A stretch of DNA of 64,000 nt from Bacteroidales bacterium UBA3653 (GCA_002373505.1 DFKE01000016.1:21472-85471); one strand, 5' to 3'. Counted from the stretch's first letter, positions 7,674 through 16,601 are shown. Notes: generated by a model not told the origin, from the letters alone. Translations and numbers: made by a program.

Positions 7674-9662
7674 ATGAATTATCAGTATATCAATAAGATT
7701 GATTCGCCGGCGGATTTGAAGAAGATACCGCTTGAGGAACTGCCGGCGGTGTGTGCGGAGTTGAGACAGTTTATCATTGAGGCACTCAGCAAAAACCCGG
7801 GACACCTTGCTTCGTCATTAGGCGCCATAGAGATCACCGTGGCGCTGCATTATGTGTTCGACACGCCGGACGACAAACTGGTTTGGGATGTAGGGCACCA
7901 GGCTTACGCACATAAGATCCTGACCGGACGGCGCGACCGCTTCCATACCAACCGCCAGTTCAAGGGACTATCCCCCTTTACCAACCCCGCCGAGAGCGAA
8001 TATGACGCCTTCATCGCAGGACATGCCTCTAATAGCATCTCTGCGGCGCTGGGAATTGATATAGGAACAAACCTCACCCCGACCCTCTCCCGAGGAGAGG
8101 GAGGAAAGAAGCGCAACGTAGTAGCTATTATAGGGGATGGAGCGATGACGGGCGGACTGGCGTTCGAGGGGCTCAACAACACCTCGATGGACAAAAACAA
8201 CCTGCTCATTGTGCTCAACGACAACCACATGGCAATCGACCCGCTGAAGGGCGGATTTACCCAGTACCTGGTGGACCTGACGACAAGCGCTACGTACAAC
8301 AAATGGCGCTGGCGGTTCTACCAACTGGCTTCCAGACTCCACCTCGTGGACGAACGTAAGAGACGCGCCATGCTGCGCCGGAACAACAGCCTAAAAGCAG
8401 TGCTCAGCAAACAGCCAAGCAATATCTTTACCGGACTCAACATCCGCTATTTCGGTCCCACAGACGGACATGACGTGGTAGGACTGGTGCGGATCCTGAG
8501 CGAGATAAAGAACCACCGCGGCCCCAAGGTGCTGCATATCATCACCAAGAAAGGCAAAGGCTACGCGCCGGCGGAGAACGACCAGACCGTTTGGCATGCG
8601 CCGGGAGAGTTCAATGTCACTACAGGCGAACGGCAGAGTGACAAACTACAAATCGCAAACGACAAATCACAAACTCCCCCTCTATGGCAGGAGGTGTTCG
8701 GAGAGACGCTTCTGGAACTGGCGAAAAAGAACGGCCGGATAGTAGGAATCACGCCCGCTATGCCCAGCGGTTGCTCGATGAGCATTATGCAGAAAGAGCT
8801 GCCGGAGAGGGTGTTTGACGTGGGTATAGCAGAAGGACATGCCGTCACCTTCAGCGCCGGACTGGCGAAAGCAGGCATGCTGCCGTACTGCAACATCTAC
8901 TCCACTTTCCTACAACGGGCATACGACAACATCGTCCATGACGTGGCGCTGCAGAACCTGCATGTGGTGCTGTGTATCGACCGCGCCGGAATAGTAGGCA
9001 ACGACGGAGCAACCCACCACGGTTTGCTCGATCTGGCATACCTGCGGCCTATTCCGAACATGCAGATCTGCGCCCCGCGTACGGCGGAGGACCTGAAAGA
9101 GATGCTGGCCCTCGCCGAGAACTTGGAAGGACCGGTGGCCATCCGCTATCCGAGAGGAAGGACAAACCCCGCCCCAGCCCTCCCCACAAGGGAGGGAGTA
9201 AAGTACGGCAAAGGCGTGAAGCTGCGAGACGGAGAAGATATTGCCGTCCTCACTATCGGGGCGATAGGAAACACCATGGCGGAAGCGATAGAGTCTGTCA
9301 GTCCGAAGGACGGTCTGTCAGCAAAGCGGTCTGTCAGTGAAACGGTCTGTCAGTCCGAAGGACGGTCCGTGAGCTTTGCGCACTACGATATGCGGTGGCT
9401 CAAGCCTCTGGACGAGGAGATACTGCACGAAGTGGGTAAGAAATACAAGACCATCGTTACTGCCGAAGACGGTATGATTGCCGGAGGACTGGGAAGCGCC
9501 GTATTGGAATGGATGGCTGACCACGGCTATACGCCACGGGTGATCCGGCTCGGAGTGAACGATCAATTTGTAGAACACGGCTCTACCAAAGAGCTCTATC
9601 ATATGTTAAAACTTGACAAAGAAGGACTATGCGAATCGTTATTGCAGGTGCCGGTGAAGTAG
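7674..9662 (+). CDS. dxs: 1-deoxy-D-xylulose-5-phosphate synthase
   Basis: 662-aa ORF with GHQAYAHKILTGRR, IIGDGAMTGG (TPP motif) and RYPRG. Confidence 0.95.
   Translation: MNYQYINKIDSPADLKKIPLEELPAVCAELRQFIIEALSKNPGHLASSLGAIEITVALHYVFDTPDDKLVWDVGHQAYAHKILTGRRDRFHTNRQFKGLSPFTNPAESEYDAFIAGHASNSISAALGIDIGTNLTPTLSRGEGGKKRNVVAIIGDGAMTGGLAFEGLNNTSMDKNNLLIVLNDNHMAIDPLKGGFTQYLVDLTTSATYNKWRWRFYQLASRLHLVDERKRRAMLRRNNSLKAVLSKQPSNIFTGLNIRYFGPTDGHDVVGLVRILSEIKNHRGPKVLHIITKKGKGYAPAENDQTVWHAPGEFNVTTGERQSDKLQIANDKSQTPPLWQEVFGETLLELAKKNGRIVGITPAMPSGCSMSIMQKELPERVFDVGIAEGHAVTFSAGLAKAGMLPYCNIYSTFLQRAYDNIVHDVALQNLHVVLCIDRAGIVGNDGATHHGLLDLAYLRPIPNMQICAPRTAEDLKEMLALAENLEGPVAIRYPRGRTNPAPALPTREGVKYGKGVKLRDGEDIAVLTIGAIGNTMAEAIESVSPKDGLSAKRSVSETVCQSEGRSVSFAHYDMRWLKPLDEEILHEVGKKYKTIVTAEDGMIAGGLGSAVLEWMADHGYTPRVIRLGVNDQFVEHGSTKELYHMLKLDKEGLCESLLQVPVK
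8072..8108 (+). repeat. GC-hairpin element (family P), in-frame in dxs
   Basis: cctcaccccgaccctctcc-cgag-gagagggaggaaag encodes LTPTLSRGEGGK. Confidence 0.85.
8641..8675. repeat. heptamer array ACAAA(C/T)(T/C) x5, in-frame in dxs
   Basis: acaaactacaaatcgcaaacgacaaatcacaaact encodes DKLQIANDKSQT. Confidence 0.85.
9165..9203 (+). repeat. GC-hairpin element (family P, 39 nt), in-frame in dxs
   Basis: aaccccgccccagccctcc-ccacaa-gggagggagtaaag encodes NPAPALPTREGVK. Confidence 0.9.
9293..9368 (+). repeat. GGTCTGTCAG composite element, in-frame in dxs
   Basis: gtctgtcag x4 with spacers tccgaaggacg / caaagcg / tgaaacg / tccgaaggacg. Encodes GLSAKRSVSETVCQSEGRS. Confidence 0.9.
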
Positions 9663-10963
9663 GCACGCACTTGGCAAAGTTGCTGAGCCGCGAAGACATG
9701 GAAATCAGTCTGCTGGACGAGAGCCAGGAGCGCTTGGGAGACCTCAGCGCCAACTACGACATGCTCACCAAAGTGGGCAACCCTACCTCTATTCACGACC
9801 TGCGTGAGATAGGCGTGAAGGACTGCGACCTCTTCATAGCCGTCACTCCCCATGAGACGGAGAACATGACGGCTTGTCTCATTGCCAACTCATTAGGTGC
9901 AAAGCGCACGCTGGCACGCATCGACAACTACGAATACCTGCTGCCCGAGAACCGGAAATTCTTTGAGAACATGGGTCTCAACCATCTCATCTATCCGGAA
10001 GTGCTCGCAGCCAACGAGATAGAAGAGAGCCTGCGGACCAACTGGATGCGATATCATCTTCATCTGGGACAAGGTGCGCTGGAGCTTTGCGTAGTTAAGG
10101 TGCGGGCTGGAGCCAAGGTAGTAGGTCAGCCCTTCTCGTCCGGCATCTACAACCACGGCAAATACCGCATCGTAGCTATCAAACGCGGACAAGAGACCAT
10201 CTTCCCGCGTGGTAACGACAGCGTGGAAGAGAACGACATGGTTTATTGCGTGTGCCCAAAAGAGAGCATGGAGTTCATGCGTGAAGAGTTGGGCAAGTCG
10301 AAACGCGAGATCAATAATGTGATTTTCTTCGGCGGCGGACGCGTCGCACGCAAAGCGGCTACCGAACTGACGGAAGAGATGAATATCAAGATCATCGAGA
10401 AAGACCGTGAGCTTTGCAACATCCTGAGCGAGAAAGTACCGAACGCACTGATCATCAATGCCGACGGAAGCGACATGGACGTACTCAAGGAAGAAGGTAT
10501 TCAGGACGCAGACGCTTTCGTAGCCGTAACCGACAGCAGCGAAGCTAACATCTTTGCCTGCCTTGCCGCACAGCGTTTCGGCGTACGCAAGACCATCGCA
10601 GAAGTAGAGAACCTCGACTACATTCCGATGGCGGAAGGGTTGGATATAGGAGCGGTGCTGAACAAAAAGACCATCGCTGCCAGTTATATCTACCAGATGC
10701 TGCTGGACGCATCCGTCCGCGGCGTACACAACCTGACGAGTGCGGATGCCGAGATTGTGGAGTTCTACGCCAAAGAAGGCAGTACGATCACCCGCCACAA
10801 GGTCAAGGACGTAAACCTGCCGGAGGAAGCCAACATCGGCGGCATCGTACGCGCAGGAGAAGGCATATTGGTTAACGGCGAGACGCAGATCATTGCAGGC
10901 GATTTGGTCGTTGTGTTCTGCAAAAGCCACGTGATCAGACATTTAGAGAGATTCTTCAAATGA
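9629..10963 (+). CDS. trkA: Trk system potassium transporter, NAD-binding subunit
   Basis: 444-aa ORF with two RCK/Rossmann halves (IAGAGEVG, FFGGGRVA). Precedes trkH. Confidence 0.9.
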   Translation: MRIVIAGAGEVGTHLAKLLSREDMEISLLDESQERLGDLSANYDMLTKVGNPTSIHDLREIGVKDCDLFIAVTPHETENMTACLIANSLGAKRTLARIDNYEYLLPENRKFFENMGLNHLIYPEVLAANEIEESLRTNWMRYHLHLGQGALELCVVKVRAGAKVVGQPFSSGIYNHGKYRIVAIKRGQETIFPRGNDSVEENDMVYCVCPKESMEFMREELGKSKREINNVIFFGGGRVARKAATELTEEMNIKIIEKDRELCNILSEKVPNALIINADGSDMDVLKEEGIQDADAFVAVTDSSEANIFACLAAQRFGVRKTIAEVENLDYIPMAEGLDIGAVLNKKTIAASYIYQMLLDASVRGVHNLTSADAEIVEFYAKEGSTITRHKVKDVNLPEEANIGGIVRAGEGILVNGETQIIAGDLVVVFCKSHVIRHLERFFK

Positions 10964-12408
10964 CCCGTACATTCAATTGGCGCATAGTATTCAAAACGAT
11001 GGGAGTGCTCACCACTCTCGAGGCGTTCTTTATGCTCATCCCTACCCTCACCGCCTGGTGGTACGACGAACCGAATCTGGGCACATGGGTTGTCTCCAGT
11101 GCTATCACTTGGCTCAGCAGCTGGTGGATGCTGCTGGCGGGACGGAGAGCTGAACGGCGTGTAGGCGAACGAGAGGGATACGTGATCGTAGCCACGGTGT
11201 GGGTCGTCTATTCGGTCTTCGGCCTGCTGCCTTTCTGGCTCAGCGGTGCGCTGCCGAGCCTCACCGACGCATGGTACGAGACCATGGCGGGATTCACTAC
11301 CACCGGCTCTACCGTCTTCACCGACGTAGCGGCGCAGAGCCATTCGATACTCCTCTGGCGCGCCCTGATGCAATGGATCGGCGGTATGGGAATTATCGTC
11401 CTTTCCGTAGCTATCCTGCCTATGTTCGGACTGGGCGGAATGCAGCTCTACAGCGCCGAAGTGACAGGCGTCAGTTACGAGAAACTGAGTCCGCGTATTG
11501 CCGACACTGCCAAACATATGTGGATCACGTATATCGGTCTGACGATCGCCGAAGGAGTGCTGCTATGGCTCTTCGGGATGGGTAAGTTCGACGCCGTATG
11601 CCATTCGCTGGCAACAATCTCTACCGGCGGTTTTGCCACCCACAACGACAGCGTGATCGGTTTCGGTCCGGCTATCCAGTGGATCATCATGATCTTCATG
11701 CTCCTCTCCGGAATCAATTTCACACAACTGATCTATCTCTTCCGCGGCAAACCGCAGCGCATCATGCATGATGAAGAGACGCGGTGGTACACCGGGGCAT
11801 GCGTGGCTGCCGGACTGGTACTGGCAACCGGGTTATTTATCTACACCGGTCAATGGAACAGTATCCGCTACGGTTTCTTCACCGCCGTCGCTACTATCAC
11901 CAGCACGGGTTTTGTTGCGGCCGACTACATGATCTGGCCGCCGGTGCTGTGGGTGATCGTCTTCTTCCTGATGTTCACAGGAGGTGCCAGCGGTTCGACT
12001 GCCGGAGGTATCAAATGGGTGCGGATAGGTATCTTCGCCAAATCCGCGCTGACAGAGATCAAACGGCGTATCCATCCCAATGCCGTCATTCCGGTACGGT
12101 TCAACGGCCGCACGATCAACGACTCTACGAAGATCAATATCATGGCATTCATGTTCTTCTATATCCTTATTATCGGTCTGGCAACGCTTTGGTTCTGCGG
12201 CTGCGGCATCGGTTTTGACGAAGCACTCGGTATAGCCGTGTCCATGATCGGCAATGTGGGTGTGTCTATCGGTCAATGGGGGTCAAGCGGATGCTATGCG
12301 GCGTTGCCTGTTGCCGCTAAATGGGTGGCTACGTTTGTAATGCTCATCGGACGTCTGGAGATATTCACTGTATTACTGCTCTTCAGCAGAGCTTTGTGGA
12401 AGAAATGA
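10960..12408 (+). CDS. trkH: Trk-type potassium uptake membrane protein
   Basis: 482-aa polytopic ORF with repeated pore-loop-like TTTG/STGG/SGSTAGGIK segments. Start overlaps the trkA stop. Confidence 0.85.
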   Translation: MTRTFNWRIVFKTMGVLTTLEAFFMLIPTLTAWWYDEPNLGTWVVSSAITWLSSWWMLLAGRRAERRVGEREGYVIVATVWVVYSVFGLLPFWLSGALPSLTDAWYETMAGFTTTGSTVFTDVAAQSHSILLWRALMQWIGGMGIIVLSVAILPMFGLGGMQLYSAEVTGVSYEKLSPRIADTAKHMWITYIGLTIAEGVLLWLFGMGKFDAVCHSLATISTGGFATHNDSVIGFGPAIQWIIMIFMLLSGINFTQLIYLFRGKPQRIMHDEETRWYTGACVAAGLVLATGLFIYTGQWNSIRYGFFTAVATITSTGFVAADYMIWPPVLWVIVFFLMFTGGASGSTAGGIKWVRIGIFAKSALTEIKRRIHPNAVIPVRFNGRTINDSTKINIMAFMFFYILIIGLATLWFCGCGIGFDEALGIAVSMIGNVGVSIGQWGSSGCYAALPVAAKWVATFVMLIGRLEIFTVLLLFSRALWKK

Positions 12409-12413
12409 AAAGA

Positions 12414-12440
12414 ATGTACGAAGGAACGATGTACGAAGGG
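12414..12440. repeat. ATGTACGAAGG family, intergenic (trkH / SGNH)
   Basis: atgtacgaaggaacgatgtacgaaggg. Confidence 0.9.
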
Positions 12441-12469
12441 ATGATTAAGAGGGAAAGGATGGAGATAAA

Positions 12470-13792
12470 GTGAAACCGTATAAGGTACTTATATTTATAG
12501 TCTGTTGTTTTGCGAGCCTGGCTGCGCTATGTGTAGTGCTGCCCGGACGGATTGCTATCGGAGACAAAGAACTTCGCTGGCCTACCTTGGCAGAGGTGTT
12601 TGAAGAGAAGGAGTCCGTAAAGTCCTTAGAGTCTTTAGAGACCTTAGAGGCCTTAGAAACCACAGAGCCCCAAGACACCGCTATTTCAGCAGGGCAAGAC
12701 ACTCTTGCCCCGAAACCCAAGCCTCCTATTCCCAAAGTGCCGGTTGATTCAGTGACGGACAGCCGTATGTTTCTCGCTGCTTTCTATGCTTCGCTGGCGG
12801 AGAGCAGCGACCGTGTAGTGCGCGTGGTGCATTACGGCGACAGCCAGATAGAGGAAGACCGGATGAGTCAGCAGATCCGCGAGAAACTGCAAACGCTGTA
12901 CGGCGGACAGGGTTGCGGACTGATGCCGCTGGCACAGACCATTCCTAACAAGACCGTACATCAGCAACTGCGCATGAACGGGCGGTTCGTCCAACCCGCA
13001 CAAGGTCCGAGGCGGTATCTGGTTTACGGACCTAAAAGAGACCAGCGGCAAGACGGTATGTACGGTGTGATGGGACAAGTGACGATGATGAACGACAGTC
13101 TCGTCAAAGGCAGCGAAGAGGTGACGGCGGTCTGCACACCGCTCATTCCCACCGCGCAATATACCCGGTGGAAAGTGTTTGCGGACACGTCCATCCACTA
13201 TACCTTCGCCGGAGACACGGTCTTCCTGTCCGGACGCGGAGCGGTCTATGGACTCTCGCAAGAGAGCGACAAAGGCGTCATCGTGGACAACATCCCTATG
13301 CGGGGCTGTCTGGGCTTGGTGTTTACCAAGATGGACGGGACGCAGCTGAGTTCTTTCTACCGGGACCAACATGTCAAACTCATCATCATGCAGTTCGGCG
13401 GCAATGCCATTCCATTCAATGAGAACCCCGGTACCATTTCCGGCATCGTGAAAGGTCTGCGCGAACAGGTGCAGTACGTACAGTCATGCGCCCCGGAGGC
13501 TTCGATACTGTTTATCGGTCCGAGCGATATGCTCACTCAGGAAGAAGGCGAATGGATCTCTTATCCGATGGTGCCTTACATGGACCGGCTGCTGCGCAAG
13601 ATGGCGCTGGAAGAAAACATAGCCTATTTCAGCCTCTTCCGGTGGATGGGCGGAGCAGGCAGTATGAAGAGATGGCAGGAGATAGGTCTGGCAGGTTCGG
13701 ACGGCGTACATTTCACAAGAGCCGGTGCACGCAAAGCCGGCAATGCCGTCGCTGACTGGATCATAGAAGGAATAGATAATTGTGCATTGTAA
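12470..13792 (+). CDS. SGNH/GDSL hydrolase-family protein (partner of the downstream MBOAT O-acyltransferase)
   Basis: 440-aa ORF with GTG start and an N-terminal membrane anchor. VVHYGDSQIEEDR resembles SGNH block I. Confidence 0.55.
   Translation: MKPYKVLIFIVCCFASLAALCVVLPGRIAIGDKELRWPTLAEVFEEKESVKSLESLETLEALETTEPQDTAISAGQDTLAPKPKPPIPKVPVDSVTDSRMFLAAFYASLAESSDRVVRVVHYGDSQIEEDRMSQQIREKLQTLYGGQGCGLMPLAQTIPNKTVHQQLRMNGRFVQPAQGPRRYLVYGPKRDQRQDGMYGVMGQVTMMNDSLVKGSEEVTAVCTPLIPTAQYTRWKVFADTSIHYTFAGDTVFLSGRGAVYGLSQESDKGVIVDNIPMRGCLGLVFTKMDGTQLSSFYRDQHVKLIIMQFGGNAIPFNENPGTISGIVKGLREQVQYVQSCAPEASILFIGPSDMLTQEEGEWISYPMVPYMDRLLRKMALEENIAYFSLFRWMGGAGSMKRWQEIGLAGSDGVHFTRAGARKAGNAVADWIIEGIDNCAL
12612..12661. 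repeat. 9-nt-period array, in-frame in the SGNH gene
   Basis: agtccgtaaagtccttagagtctttagagaccttagaggccttagaaacc encodes VKSLESLETLEALET. Confidence 0.85.
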
Positions 13793-13809
13793 ATTGTGAA
13801 TTGTGAATT
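13778..13809. repeat. heptamer array AATTGTG family spanning the SGNH stop and the MBOAT start
   Basis: aattgtgcattgtaaattgtgaattgtgaatt. TAA is at 13790 and GTG at 13803. Confidence 0.9.
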
Positions 13810-15764
13810 TCCTCCACCACATATTTGCCTTTGACGCGAACTCGCCGTTGCTGTTCACCCAGTTCTATTTCTGGGCGTTCTTTGCGCTGGTCTTCGCACT
13901 GTTTGCGCTGATCATGAGCGGTAAGACAGCAGAAGGAAAGAGCAGGCTTCACTTGCGCAACGTCTATCTGCTGTTCGTCAGCTGGTTCTTCTACTACAAG
14001 ACCAGCGGACTGTTTCTGCTTATTCTGGCTTTTGTCACCCTCTCCGACTGGATCATAGCCGGACGAATCCATAAACATCTTACAGGCAAAGCCGGTCCTA
14101 CAGCCAAAATCCTTTTGGCGCTCTCTGTGGTAATTGACCTCGGACTACTGGCTTATTTCAAATACGCCTATTTCTTCACGAACATGATCAATGACCTGTT
14201 CGGCACAGGTTTCCGGGTGTTTGACATCTTTGCTTATATCGGCAACGGTTTCAGCGAAGCGGGACGTTTCTCCGTGGACACAATCGTGCTGCCGGTGGGA
14301 ATCTCGTTCTATATCTTCCAGGTGATTTCCTATACCGCGGATGTCTATCGCAGAAGGATTCAGCCGGTGAAGAACATTCTGGACTTCGGGTTCTACGTAT
14401 CTTTCTTCCCGCAGTTGGTAGCAGGTCCTATCGTTCGTGCGGAGGAGTTCATTCCGCAACTGTACAAGCCTTACCGTCTGAGCCGCAGAGCGTTCGGCAT
14501 TGCAGTGTTCTGGATACTGAACGGTTTGGCGAAGAAGATCATTATGTCGGATTACTTAGCAGTAAACCTGATAGACCGTGTCTTTGACAACCCGCTGCTC
14601 TTCTCCGGCTTTGAGAACCTCTTTGCGCTCTTTGCCTACTCGCTGCAGGTGTATGCGGACTTCTCGGGCTACACGGATATAGCCATCGGAGTAGCGATGC
14701 TGATGGGTTTCTATCTGCCGATGAACTTCAACAGCCCTTATAAATCGCAGAGTCCGCAGGAGTTCTGGCGGCGGTGGCACATGTCGCTCGGACGGTGGCT
14801 GAAGACGTATCTCTATATCCCCTTGGGCGGCAACAGAAGAATCGGTTTCGGTACGTATTTCTGGCTCAGCCTCATTGCGTTTGTCTCTGCGGCGCTTACC
14901 GGCTGGTGGTGGCAGATACTCGTGCCGTTTGGGGTCTTTATGGCAGGCGTGGCTGTTGCAGACAAGGTCTTTAAGGGCACTAAGGACTCCCATAACGCCA
15001 TTAGCCCTCGCCGTAAACTTCTTTACGCGAATTTGAACTCATTCATCACACAGGTTCTGGGCGGTCTGTGGCACGGCGCGAGTTGGAACTTCATTATATG
15101 GGGCGGTATCAACGGTATCGGAATGATCGTAGAGAAGATATGGCGGGGCATGAACTGGCATGTACGGATGGCATGTATATCTCTGCTCACCGGCGGACTC
15201 TGGCTCGCGGTCTATTATACAAACCTGCCTGCATGGAGGCTCTTCGCCGTCTGGGCTTCTATCGTCGCTTCCGGCACCCTCATCCGGTATATCTATTGGC
15301 TTGCCTGCAAAGCAATAAACAGGCCGCAGGCCGCTAAACAGGACGATAGTCCGCTAAACAGCACCAACGATGCGCTCAACGCCCTAAGCAACGCGTGGGC
15401 GATCGCCCAGACTTTCACTTTTATCACTTTCACGCGTCTGTTCTTCCGTTCCTCCAGCAATCTGGACCCTGCTACTGCCAACGAGGTAGCATGGGCGACA
15501 GCGAAGAACATGGTAAACCAGATCGGCGGAGCGTGGAATAACGCTATCATTCCTGATTTCCTCTGGGAGTACCGATGGGTGGTGGCAATGTTCGTTGCCG
15601 GCATGGTCATTCACTGGCTTCCGACCAACTGGAAAAGGCGGTACCGTCTGGCGTTCAGCGCTATGCCGCTCTGGCTGATGGTGATAGCAGTTTGTGTTGC
15701 CATCGTCATAATATACCAGTTCGTCTCAGCAGAAATGCAACCGTTTATATATTTCCAATTTTAG
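13803..15764 (+). CDS. MBOAT family O-acyltransferase (AlgI/DltB-like)
   Basis: 653-aa polytopic ORF. FWRRWHMSLGRWLKTYLYIPLGGN is the conserved MBOAT histidine block. The GTG start lies in a word array. Confidence 0.8.
   Translation: MNFLHHIFAFDANSPLLFTQFYFWAFFALVFALFALIMSGKTAEGKSRLHLRNVYLLFVSWFFYYKTSGLFLLILAFVTLSDWIIAGRIHKHLTGKAGPTAKILLALSVVIDLGLLAYFKYAYFFTNMINDLFGTGFRVFDIFAYIGNGFSEAGRFSVDTIVLPVGISFYIFQVISYTADVYRRRIQPVKNILDFGFYVSFFPQLVAGPIVRAEEFIPQLYKPYRLSRRAFGIAVFWILNGLAKKIIMSDYLAVNLIDRVFDNPLLFSGFENLFALFAYSLQVYADFSGYTDIAIGVAMLMGFYLPMNFNSPYKSQSPQEFWRRWHMSLGRWLKTYLYIPLGGNRRIGFGTYFWLSLIAFVSAALTGWWWQILVPFGVFMAGVAVADKVFKGTKDSHNAISPRRKLLYANLNSFITQVLGGLWHGASWNFIIWGGINGIGMIVEKIWRGMNWHVRMACISLLTGGLWLAVYYTNLPAWRLFAVWASIVASGTLIRYIYWLACKAINRPQAAKQDDSPLNSTNDALNALSNAWAIAQTFTFITFTRLFFRSSSNLDPATANEVAWATAKNMVNQIGGAWNNAIIPDFLWEYRWVVAMFVAGMVIHWLPTNWKRRYRLAFSAMPLWLMVIAVCVAIVIIYQFVSAEMQPFIYFQF
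15316..15362. repeat. CCGCTAAACAG direct repeats, in-frame in MBOAT gene
   Basis: taaacaggccgcaggccgctaaacaggacgatagtccgctaaacagc. Confidence 0.7.
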
Positions 15765-15794
15765 ACCGCTGCGCTCAAAGACAAAAGACAGATT

Positions 15795-16424
15795 ATGCAG
15801 ATCATCGGAATAACAGGCGGCATCGGAAGTGGCAAGTCCACAATCGCGCGGGCGCTCGCAGCCCGCGGGTACGCGGTGTATGACTGCGACAAGGAAGCCA
15901 AACGCATCATCGCCGAGAATAAGGACGTCCAGCAACAGATCATCGAACTGTTAGGAAAAAAAGCATTTGAAGAAGTACCAAGTACCAAGGGACAAAGGAC
16001 CAAGGCTTATAATACCGCCTATGTCGCGCAGTGTGTTTTTGCGGAGCCACAACTCTTGAAGAAACTAAATGAGATCGTCCATCCGGCGGTAAGAGAAGAT
16101 ATAAAAAAAATACGAATTAAAAATAACGAATTAAAAATTATCTTCATCGAATCCGCTATTCTCCAGGAGGCGGGATTAGACACGCTTTGCGATAAGATTA
16201 TTGTGGTTGAAGCGCCGGAGGAAGTGCGGATAGAACGTACTATTGCGCGGGACTATAACGGCGAAGCGACAGAAGAGAATATCAATAAGGTACGCGCACG
16301 CATACAGGCGCAGAAAACATCATCCCCCCTCCATGGGGGGACCGAGAGGGGCTTCATTCTTATTAACGACGGCCGTAAAAGTATCGATGAATTAGCAGAA
16401 GAGATTATCACACTCCTAAGCTAA
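15795..16424 (+). CDS. coaE: dephospho-CoA kinase
   Basis: 209-aa ORF with IGITGGIGSGKST P-loop at the N-terminus. Three in-frame repeat elements. Confidence 0.9.
   Translation: MQIIGITGGIGSGKSTIARALAARGYAVYDCDKEAKRIIAENKDVQQQIIELLGKKAFEEVPSTKGQRTKAYNTAYVAQCVFAEPQLLKKLNEIVHPAVREDIKKIRIKNNELKIIFIESAILQEAGLDTLCDKIIVVEAPEEVRIERTIARDYNGEATEENINKVRARIQAQKTSSPLHGGTERGFILINDGRKSIDELAEEIITLLS
15974..16005 (-). repeat. GGTACTTGG family (reverse orientation), in-frame in coaE
   Basis: agtaccaagtaccaagggacaaaggaccaagg encodes VPSTKGQRTK. Confidence 0.8.
16108..16140. repeat. ACGAATTAAAAAT x2 (14-nt period), in-frame in coaE
   Basis: aaatacgaattaaaaataacgaattaaaaatta encodes IRIKNNELKI. Confidence 0.85.
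16323..16352 (-). repeat. GC-hairpin element (family P, inverted), in-frame in coaE
   Basis: tccccc-ctccat-ggggggaccgagaggggc encodes SPLHGGTERG. Confidence 0.75.
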
Positions 16425-16452
16425 TATAAATACAGCCTCAAATAAGTATCTC

Positions 16453-16497
16453 GCCATAGGATCACCATAGGATGACCATAGGATCACCATAGGATGA
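16453..16497. repeat. 11-nt-period array (CCATAGGAT(C/G)A x4), intergenic
   Basis: gccataggatcaccataggatgaccataggatcaccataggatga. Confidence 0.9.
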
Positions 16498-16522
16498 ATC
16501 GCCCATTTTGTCATTTTAGCTT

Positions 16523-16555
16523 CTTTTACTATATATACATAGTATATATACTTTT
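16523..16555. repeat. conserved AT-palindrome block, copy 2
   Basis: cttttactatatatacAtagtatatatactttt, with arms at 16530..16538 and 16542..16550. Confidence 0.9.
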
Positions 16556-16570
16556 GATTAGTTATTTTTA

Positions 16571-16601
16571 TTTGCATATATCAAAAAAAATAGTACCTTT
16601 G
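16571..16601 (+). promoter_or_regulatory. Bacteroidota-type promoter for the lipoprotein genes (TTTG / TACCTTTG)
   Basis: TTTGcatatatcaaaaaaaatagTACCTTTG with a 19-nt spacer. Nearly identical to the dxs promoter block. Confidence 0.7.

Noticed and set aside
7174-7805. Small ORFs 7174..7398 (+) and 7521..7805 (-) in the alr/dxs spacer.
   Set aside because: They run through recognisable promoters, a terminator hairpin and repeat arrays. No family resemblance was seen.
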